A stretch of 64,000 nt of DNA from Planctomycetota bacterium. GTDB lineage: Bacteria; Planctomycetota; B15-G4. Below are positions 57,459-64,000 of this stretch, in pieces. Positions within the stretch are counted from its first letter, which is position 1; the number at the start of each line of letters is the position of its first letter. Location: the NCBI GenBank assembly GCA_965248575.1, contig CBDFJQ010000002.1:3360001-3424000 (forward strand). The letters are read 5' to 3'. The translations under genes were made by a program, and so were the position numbers. The notes beneath the pieces are model-generated. The model searched no databases. It saw nothing but the letters and a program-made list of their open reading frames with translations, and was not told the origin of the DNA.

Positions 57459-57511
57459 GATTGCTCCAGTGCGTCTGGGGTGGATCGGGAGAGTTGGGAG
57501 AGAATCGAAAC

Positions 57512-57574
57512 AACCCTGGGAAGCCCGTTTTGAGCAGGCTTCCCAGGGCTTTTGATCTCGCACACAGTGCGAGA
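57512..57574 (-). terminator. Double hairpin after matrixin copy 2
   Basis: tctcgcac/gtgcgaga (57556-57574) and ccctgggaagcc/ggcttcccaggg (57514-57548), with T-rich tails on both strands. Confidence 0.65.
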
Positions 57575-57581
57575 CTTGGCC

Positions 57582-59459
57582 TTACGGCACGTTGAGCCGC
57601 AAACCGTTGCTGCCGGAGACACCCTGCACGCCCGCAGCGTCCTCGAAGAAGAACTGCATGGCGATGAAGGCGCCGCCCGGGAAGCTCGCCGGCATCGTGG
57701 TGGTGCCCGCGAACGAACCCGACCCGTTGAACGGGAAGATCAGGCTCTGCGTGAACGGGATCGGGTAGAAGGTCCCGCCGAAGAAAGGCGTCGGCGTGAT
57801 CGTCGTCCCGAAGAACACGAAGCCCAGGTCGAAGGGCTCGGCGCTCGTACACGAGATCGTGAACCCAGCAGTGCTGCCCGGCGTCAGGTCACCCGAACCG
57901 GTGAGCACCGGCTCGCCGAAGGTGCCTGGGATGCCGGAAGGACCGAGGCTCACGAAGGTGCCGCTCGGGATGTGGGTGTAGCCACCCACGATGGTGTCCG
58001 AACCCGTCGAGTTCGTCGCCACCACGTCCACAGCGCCCAGACCTGCCGGGGTGTCCACCGTCAGCGAAGTGTTGTCCACCAGCGTCAGGTTGCTGCCCGA
58101 CACGCCGCCGAAGGTCACGTCCGTCACACCCAGCACGTTGCTGCCGCTCACCGTCACCGTCACACCGCCGGCCGCCGCACCACTGTTGGGCGAGACGCTC
58201 GAGATGTTCGGCACCGCGTTGGCCGTGTAGGTGTAGCCGTTCGTCTCCGTGTCAGAACCGTCGGCATCCGTCACCACCACGTCCACCGAGTTGCCGTTGG
58301 TGCCGGCCGGGGTCGTCGCGCTGATGGAAGAGCCGGAGTTCACCACGAAGCTCATGGCGTTCACACCACCGAAGGTCACGCTCGTGGTACCGGTGAAGCC
58401 AGTACCGCCCAGGGTGACGTTGGTGAAGCCACCTTCAGGACCCGAGGAGGGCGTCACACTGGTGATCGTCGGAGGGTCGCCCGCACCGCCGCTTCCGATG
58501 TCGATGGACCACTCGTTCGACAGCGAGGCACCGCCTGAGAAGGCGGCCTTCACGATCACGCCGCCATCATCTGCACCGGCTGGAATGGTCACGTTGATCA
58601 CCGTGCCGCCAGCAGAGGAGGAGACGCCGGAGACCGTCAGGGCGGAACCACCATTGGAGGTGTCCGTGAACCAGACCACGTTGCCGGAGTTCGAGAAGTT
58701 GGCACCGGTGATCGTGAGCGTTTGGCCCGGGTTCGTGGAGCCGCTGAGGCTGTTGATCACCGGCTTGTTCGCGCTCTTGTTTCCATAGATGGTCCGCAGC
58801 CCGAGCGTGTCATCCGAGTTGATGGAACGTTGACCCTGGCCCGTGCCGGAGATGGCAAAGAACATGGTCGCCCCACCATTGCTGCTGTGGCCCAATCCGA
58901 GAGCGTGGCCGATCTCGTGGCAAGCAACACCCTGCAGATCGATACCGCTGCCGACGCTGCCTGGGCCATCGTGCCAGGTCCAGCCGGACAGGTACCGGAT
59001 ACGCCACCCATTGCTGATGGGCGTCTCGGTGAACGCCAGCGTGCTGCCGGGGCTCGGGTCCAAGAGCTCGGAGTGGATGTTGTCGTTCGTTCCACCCGTG
59101 GTGTTGGTCTCACCCTGGAAGGTGTTGTCGTAGTCGGCCTGGCCGGTGCCGAGGCGGGACTGGGTCGGGTCTTGTAGACCCGTGCCCAGGAACCACTCAC
59201 TGGCCCACTCAAGGTGGCCCTTCCAGATAGCCTGAGTCGCACCCATAGCGCTCGGGAAGGCGACGTTGTTGGCCGTGTTGTTGTTGGCCGAGGCGTCCGT
59301 GAAGTTGTTGAACACGCGGAAGTCACGCTGACTCACGCCCAGGCTGCCACCGATGAGGGTGAAGCCGGCCGTGTCGACGGGCGTGGACATGGAAGCCACC
59401 AGCCCGAAAGCTGCGCCGAGCCCGGAAAGGGCCAGCAAGGTCTTGTTGAGGATCTTCAT
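57582..59459 (-). CDS. Secreted matrixin (M10/metzincin) metalloprotease with IPT/TIG repeats, copy 2
   Basis: HEIGHALGLGHS, ATMFF; same architecture as copy 1 and 3 aa longer. Confidence 0.9.
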   Translation of the reverse strand: MKILNKTLLALSGLGAAFGLVASMSTPVDTAGFTLIGGSLGVSQRDFRVFNNFTDASANNNTANNVAFPSAMGATQAIWKGHLEWASEWFLGTGLQDPTQSRLGTGQADYDNTFQGETNTTGGTNDNIHSELLDPSPGSTLAFTETPISNGWRIRYLSGWTWHDGPGSVGSGIDLQGVACHEIGHALGLGHSSNGGATMFFAISGTGQGQRSINSDDTLGLRTIYGNKSANKPVINSLSGSTNPGQTLTITGANFSNSGNVVWFTDTSNGGSALTVSGVSSSAGGTVINVTIPAGADDGGVIVKAAFSGGASLSNEWSIDIGSGGAGDPPTITSVTPSSGPEGGFTNVTLGGTGFTGTTSVTFGGVNAMSFVVNSGSSISATTPAGTNGNSVDVVVTDADGSDTETNGYTYTANAVPNISSVSPNSGAAAGGVTVTVSGSNVLGVTDVTFGGVSGSNLTLVDNTSLTVDTPAGLGAVDVVATNSTGSDTIVGGYTHIPSGTFVSLGPSGIPGTFGEPVLTGSGDLTPGSTAGFTISCTSAEPFDLGFVFFGTTITPTPFFGGTFYPIPFTQSLIFPFNGSGSFAGTTTMPASFPGGAFIAMQFFFEDAAGVQGVSGSNGLRLNVP

Positions 59460-59478
59460 GATCTGTCCTTTCCTTTCT

Positions 59479-60033
59479 TTACTTGTTGAGGCTTGGGGAC
59501 TTCTTCGCCGCAGCCAACTTGGCGTGCGTCGCGCGGATGTTCGTGCTCACGTCGGAGAGCTTGGTGTTCTCGGCGAAAGCCAGGCCTTCACCCTTGCCCA
59601 CCACGACGGCCTCGCCGAAGCCGGACTCGACCCGGTACAGACCGGAGAAGTCGTAGACCAGGTTCTTGCCCGGGAGCAGCGGATGCTCAGCGAAGAACAC
59701 CACCGTCTCGCCGTTCAGGCGGCTGTCCTGCAGCGTCGGCATGCTGCTGATGCCGTACCAGTCGTCCTTGCTGTGGCTACCGTGGAAGACCACCTTGAAG
59801 GTGCCCTTCTCGCCGGTGCGCAGGCTCTCACCCTCGATGGTCAGCTGCGTGTACAACGCACCGTCCCAGGGGTGGCTCAAACGCACGGTGTCCTTGGCGA
59901 CGATCTTGCCGTGGACTGCGTCCTTCGTGACTTCCATGAGTTCCTGCAACGTCATCGCCTTGATGGCGGCGACGGCAGGGATGGCGAGCAGCAGAGCTGC
60001 CGACCAAACGAGGACGGACCTGTGGACACGCAT
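59479..60033 (-). CDS. Secreted partner protein of matrixin, copy 2
   Basis: AGGAG RBS before ATG 60033. Mature part identical to copy 1, signal peptide different. Confidence 0.85.
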   Translation of the reverse strand: MRVHRSVLVWSAALLLAIPAVAAIKAMTLQELMEVTKDAVHGKIVAKDTVRLSHPWDGALYTQLTIEGESLRTGEKGTFKVVFHGSHSKDDWYGISSMPTLQDSRLNGETVVFFAEHPLLPGKNLVYDFSGLYRVESGFGEAVVVGKGEGLAFAENTKLSDVSTNIRATHAKLAAAKKSPSLNK

Positions 60034-60174
60034 GTAAGACTCCTGGGCTACGGGGAGTGGAGAGTTGAGGATGGACCACACCTCAAATGGGAGAGAACCG
60101 GACCCGGGAGGTGCTTCGTTGTCGGGCGAAGCTGAGTGAGAGTCGGATCCGGCGATCTAGGAGGATTCGCGAAA

Positions 60175-60203
60175 AGTATACGGGTGACCCGCAAACCTGC
60201 CTA
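60175..60203 (-). promoter_or_regulatory. Putative sigma70 promoter upstream of the protease cassette
   Basis: Minus strand TAGGCA, 17-nt spacer, TATACT, in an AT-richer intergenic region. Confidence 0.4.
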
Positions 60204-60396
60204 GCCATCCGTGGCGAAACTCTGACGGGATGGAGCTGCCACGAATTCGTGGCCTGAATAGGCATTTCTAGTACGAATTCTTGATTTCAGACGCCGCTGG
60301 GGATCTTCGCTCGCGGGAGTTCGTCCGGGGCCAGAACTGCTCTGGGAACCTGCCTGCGGGCTCCTCGTGCAGAAAGGGCCGCTCTTCAAAAAAGCC

Positions 60397-61011
60397 CTAG
60401 GAATCCCTGCCGATGAAGGACATGAACTCGGCGCGTGTCGCTCGGCGGGTCTTGAAAGTGCCTCGAACGGCCGAGGTCACCATCGTGGCACCTGGCTTCC
60501 GGACCCCACGCATGGTCATGCAAGTGTGGGTCGCCTCCATCACCACGCCGACGCCCTGAGGGTTCAGCCGCTCCCAGAGCAGGTCCGCTACCTGAGACGA
60601 CAACCGCTCCTGAACCTGCAATCGACGACCGAATTCTTCAACGACGCGGGCAATCTTGCTCAGGCCCACAATGCGCCCATTGGGCACATAGGCCACATGC
60701 GCCCGCCCCATGAAGGGCATCATGTGGTGCTCGCAGAGGGACTCGAAGGGGATGTCCTTCACCACGACCATCTCGTGGTGGTCCTCTTCGAAGGTCACAT
60801 CGAGATGCCTTGATGGGTCAAGGCGTTGGCCCCGAATCACCTCGGCATACATCCGGGCAACCCGGGCAGGAGTGTCCAGCAAACCGTCCCGCTCTGGATC
60901 CTCGCCCACAGCCAGCAGGATCTCCCGCATGGCGGATTCGATCCGCGCATGGTCGATGTCTGCGGCACGGGGGTCGTCGGGTCCAAAGGCCTTCACAGGC
61001 TCGTCAGTCAT
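60397..61011 (-). CDS. folE: GTP cyclohydrolase I
   Basis: GEDPERDGL.DTPARVA, SLCEHH, GLSKIAR, RLQVQER, HTCMTMRG. Confidence 0.97.
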   Translation of the reverse strand: MTDEPVKAFGPDDPRAADIDHARIESAMREILLAVGEDPERDGLLDTPARVARMYAEVIRGQRLDPSRHLDVTFEEDHHEMVVVKDIPFESLCEHHMMPFMGRAHVAYVPNGRIVGLSKIARVVEEFGRRLQVQERLSSQVADLLWERLNPQGVGVVMEATHTCMTMRGVRKPGATMVTSAVRGTFKTRRATRAEFMSFIGRDS

Positions 61012-61033
61012 GGGTGTCTCAAAGCGAACGGAC

Positions 61034-62941
61034 TCAGGGTCCGGGCGCTGGCAGCGAATCGATGATTCCGAGGAAGTCCTGCTTGCCCACGAGGTCGAAA
61101 CGCACGTGGGGTTCCAACGGGTTGTCGGCGGGGAAGACCGCCATGAACGGAATGGACACCGCCCCGAGCTCGCTTCTCAGCCGAACCAGCATGTCCGTCT
61201 TGGGGCTGCTGCGGGTGATGTCCGCCTTCAGCATCAAGACATCCTTCTGCTGGAGCGCCTGCTGCACCTGCTCGTTCTCGTAGACCAGCTTCTCGTTGGC
61301 CTTGCAGTTGGGGCACCAATCAGCGGTGAAGTCGACAAAGACGGAGCGGCCAGATTCAGAGGCCTCGAAGAAAACGTCCGGCTCAAACTCCACCCACCCG
61401 TGGGTCTCACCCGAGGGCAGGAACAGGCCTCGGAACTCCACAAACGAGAGTCGGGCGCCCAGGGCCACCACGAGCAGCGCGGTGGCCAGAGTGACCATCC
61501 GGCGCCCCTTGTTCTTCGCCTGCGGACTGAAGCGCCCCCACCACCAACAGCCCATGCCCACGAACAAGAGGAAGGCCACGGTGAAGAGCATCAGGTCCTG
61601 GCGCAGGCTGATCATGAGGTAGACCACGGTCAGGAGCAGCACGAAGCCCATGGAGTGCTTGAAGGTGTCCATCCATGCGCCGGGCTTCGGGACGAAGGCC
61701 AGCAGTTTGGGGTTCGCCGTCAGCACCACGTACGGGAAGGCCATGCCCAAGCCCAAGGACAGGAACACGGCGAACACCACGAGCGGCGATTGGCTCAGGG
61801 TCCAGGTCAAGGTGCTCCCAAGGAACGGCCCGCTGCAGGGCGTCGCCAGCACAGTGGCCAACATGCCCTTGAAGAAGGCGTCGCCGAGACCCTCCCGGGG
61901 AGGCCCACCCGCCAGGTTTCCGACACCTGCCGGCACACCCAGCTCGTAGACCCCGAACATCGACAAGCTGAATGCGAAGACGACCCCGATCATGACCACC
62001 AGGAACTCTTCGCTCTGGAACTGCTCGCCCCATCCGAGGTTGAGATTCACCGCCACCGCAGCCAGAGCCAGGAACACCACCACGATGCCGGCTGCGAAGG
62101 ACATGCCCAGCTTCAGCATGCGGCTCTTGTCCTCGCCAGCCTGCTGGACGAAGGAGAGCACCTTGATGCTGATGACGGGCAGCACACAGGGCATGACGTT
62201 GAGGATCATGCCCGCCACGAAGGCCAGCAGGATCCAGGCCCAGAAGCCGCGCGTTGTTTCTTCGATCTGGGGGCTGTAGTCAGGCAGCTCGACCGAGGCG
62301 TAGTCGGTGTCGCTGGCTGCTGCCGGGGCTCCGCCGGCCGGCAGACCGCGGGCGCCCTGATCGGGGTCCGTCGAGTCACCGCCCGCAGCACCCACAACCA
62401 GATCCGTGGGGAAGTCCGCGAACCACTTGTCGGGGCCCGGGCCCTTGCTCTTCAGGTCCTCGCCGTAGATCACGCAGGTTCCATTCGTGAAACACGTCAC
62501 GCCATCTACCGTGGCCGTCACGTCGTCGCCCGTCGCTCCCTCCGCCAACTCACCCAAGACGTACAGCACGAGGGTCCCATCGTACTCCCAGGCCCAGGTT
62601 CCCAGGCCCAGCTGGTCCCGCTTGTGCGCCGGTGGGTATGAGGTGGAGCTCCAGCTGATGCCAGCGCCACCCATGGACAGCTTGGTGGGAAGGCCCGTGG
62701 CGTCAGGCCCACCGACCTCCTCGCCGTAGAGATGCCAGTCATTCTCGATCTCGATGACCACCGCAGCCTGCACGTGCCCATCCGTCACGCGACTGAACAG
62801 CGTGCCGGCGGCATACATGGACATCTGACCAGAGGTGGTCGTTTGGAGCAGCATGAGCGCCAGCGCGAGCCAGCCCAGGCTGAGTGCACCGGGGCCGTGC
62901 CAACGCCAACTACGAGGGGAGCGAACGCCCCCGTCCGTCAA
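61034..62941 (-). CDS. dsbD: Thiol:disulfide interchange protein DsbD-like
   Basis: WHLY N-domain with C...C, LNVMPCVLPV, ATPCSGP, PKPGAWM, FTADWCPNC thioredoxin domain. Start uncertain (TTG 62941 assumed). Confidence 0.85.
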   Translation of the reverse strand: MTDGGVRSPRSWRWHGPGALSLGWLALALMLLQTTTSGQMSMYAAGTLFSRVTDGHVQAAVVIEIENDWHLYGEEVGGPDATGLPTKLSMGGAGISWSSTSYPPAHKRDQLGLGTWAWEYDGTLVLYVLGELAEGATGDDVTATVDGVTCFTNGTCVIYGEDLKSKGPGPDKWFADFPTDLVVGAAGGDSTDPDQGARGLPAGGAPAAASDTDYASVELPDYSPQIEETTRGFWAWILLAFVAGMILNVMPCVLPVISIKVLSFVQQAGEDKSRMLKLGMSFAAGIVVVFLALAAVAVNLNLGWGEQFQSEEFLVVMIGVVFAFSLSMFGVYELGVPAGVGNLAGGPPREGLGDAFFKGMLATVLATPCSGPFLGSTLTWTLSQSPLVVFAVFLSLGLGMAFPYVVLTANPKLLAFVPKPGAWMDTFKHSMGFVLLLTVVYLMISLRQDLMLFTVAFLLFVGMGCWWWGRFSPQAKNKGRRMVTLATALLVVALGARLSFVEFRGLFLPSGETHGWVEFEPDVFFEASESGRSVFVDFTADWCPNCKANEKLVYENEQVQQALQQKDVLMLKADITRSSPKTDMLVRLRSELGAVSIPFMAVFPADNPLEPHVRFDLVGKQDFLGIIDSLPAPGP

Positions 62942-62961
62942 CGGCCATCTTCTGTCCAGCT

Positions 62962-64000
62962 TCAAGTGGTCGGCTCCGCGCCGCTGTTCACGAGGCCAGC
63001 CGCCTTCTGCGCCTCGGCCTCCCGCTCGGCTTCGATCACCGCAATCTCCTCGATCAGGGCGTCGACGATCTGCGCCTCGGGCACCTTGCGCACGGTCTTG
63101 CCGTGTCGGAACAGCAGGCCCTCGCCCGCTCCGCCCGCGATCCCGATATCCGCCTCCCGAGCCTCTCCGGGCCCGTTCACCGCACACCCCAGAACGCTGA
63201 TCTTGACCGGGAGCGTGCAGGCCGAGAGGCGGTCCTTCACCTCTGCGACGATCTTCTCCAAGTCGATGTCGATCCGTCCGCATGTTGGACACGCAATGAT
63301 CTCCGGCGAGATGACCCTGACTCCCGTGCACTTGAGGATGTCGTAGGCCACTGGCATTTCTTGCTCAGGATCTGATGTCAGCGAAACCCGGATGGTGTCA
63401 CCCAGGCCCTTGAGCAGGATGGCGCCGATCCCGGCCGCCGACTTGATGGCCCCGTAGACAGGGTCCCCTGCCTCGGTGATACCCACGTGTAGAGGCACGT
63501 CCGACTGCTCGCCAAACAGGCTGTTGGCCGCCACGGCCGCCGGCACATCGGTGCTCTTGATGGAGACGATGAGCTTCTCGACCCCTTGCTCCCGGGCGAA
63601 GGCCACGTGCCGCAAGGCCGACTCCACCAGGGCCTCCGGGGACGGCCAGCCGTGCTTCTCCAGCAGGTCCTTCTCGAGGCTGCCGCTGTTGACGCCGATC
63701 CGGATCGCGGTGCCCTTGGACCGTGCCGCCTGCAGCACCTCGCGCACCTTGGCTTCCTTGCCGATGTTGCCCGGGTTGATGCGCACCTTGTCTGCACCCG
63801 CTTCGATGGCCGCCAGCGCCATCTTGTGGTTGAAGTGGATGTCCGCGATGAGCGGCACGCCCATCTTCGACCGCCAATAGGGGATGTTCGCCGCGCTCTC
63901 GAGATCCGGGATCGTCACCCGCACCAACTCGCAGCCGGCTTCCACCATGCGCCCGATCTGATCCGCCGTCGCCTCGCGATCGGCACTGACCGTGTTGGTC
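62962..64000 (-). CDS. ispG: HMBPP synthase IspG (5'-truncated by the window edge)
   Basis: ADIHF, RINPGNIG, RIGVNSGSL, HVGITEAG, GDTIRVSL, ACPTCGR, GCAVNGPGEA. Confidence 0.96.
   Translation of the reverse strand, partial: TNTVSADREATADQIGRMVEAGCELVRVTIPDLESAANIPYWRSKMGVPLIADIHFNHKMALAAIEAGADKVRINPGNIGKEAKVREVLQAARSKGTAIRIGVNSGSLEKDLLEKHGWPSPEALVESALRHVAFAREQGVEKLIVSIKSTDVPAAVAANSLFGEQSDVPLHVGITEAGDPVYGAIKSAAGIGAILLKGLGDTIRVSLTSDPEQEMPVAYDILKCTGVRVISPEIIACPTCGRIDIDLEKIVAEVKDRLSACTLPVKISVLGCAVNGPGEAREADIGIAGGAGEGLLFRHGKTVRKVPEAQIVDALIEEIAVIEAEREAEAQKAAGLVNSGAEPTT

Larger units (their letters stand above)
55018..59991. repeat. Tandem duplication of a ~2.57-kb two-gene cassette
   Basis: 55018-55687 matches 57584-58253 (offset 2566, no mismatch seen). 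56793-57416 matches 59368-59991 (offset 2575, one mismatch seen at 57375/59950). The sequence between these blocks is diverged. Confidence 0.95.

Noticed and set aside
55016..59991. Diversity-generating retroelement (TR/VR pair) as the explanation for the near-identical repeats
   Set aside because: No reverse transcriptase in the window. Both copies are intact genes, and the differences are ordinary codon changes, not adenine-specific.
62942..63331. N-terminal extension of the DsbD ORF to 63331 (similar extensions on ORFs 4415..5209, 26764..27990, 30553..31683, 36340..37737, 8778..9791)
   Set aside because: The extensions overlap neighbouring real genes or promoters and are non-homologous. 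Downstream starts fit better.

Overview
High-GC bacterial chromosomal segment. The gene style suggests an uncultured Planctomycetota/PVC lineage (inference only). Most of it is housekeeping and envelope genes: a Cu-type P1B ATPase, glnA with an atypical P-II gene, mutS, an RlmI-like methyltransferase, an ECF sigma with a vWA partner, an ABC exporter, leucine-catabolism genes, murJ, topA, an 11-gene complex I operon without nuoEFG, folE, a DsbD-like protein and a partial ispG. No rRNA, tRNA, CRISPR array or transposase was seen. The most unusual element is a tandemly duplicated two-gene cassette at 55.0-60.0 kb. Each copy has a small secreted protein, possibly TIMP/NTR-like, immediately upstream of a prodomain-less matrixin (MMP-like) protease with IPT/TIG repeats. 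The partner gene and the protease C-terminus are almost nucleotide-identical between copies, while the catalytic domains and the partner signal peptides differ. Other oddities: two P-II proteins with complementary missing loops, an LtaS/sulfatase-GDPD fusion, an ECF sigma overlapping a degenerate sugar transferase with a possible anti-sigma-like tail, LxxLGY repeats in the vWA protein, and several probable leaderless genes.
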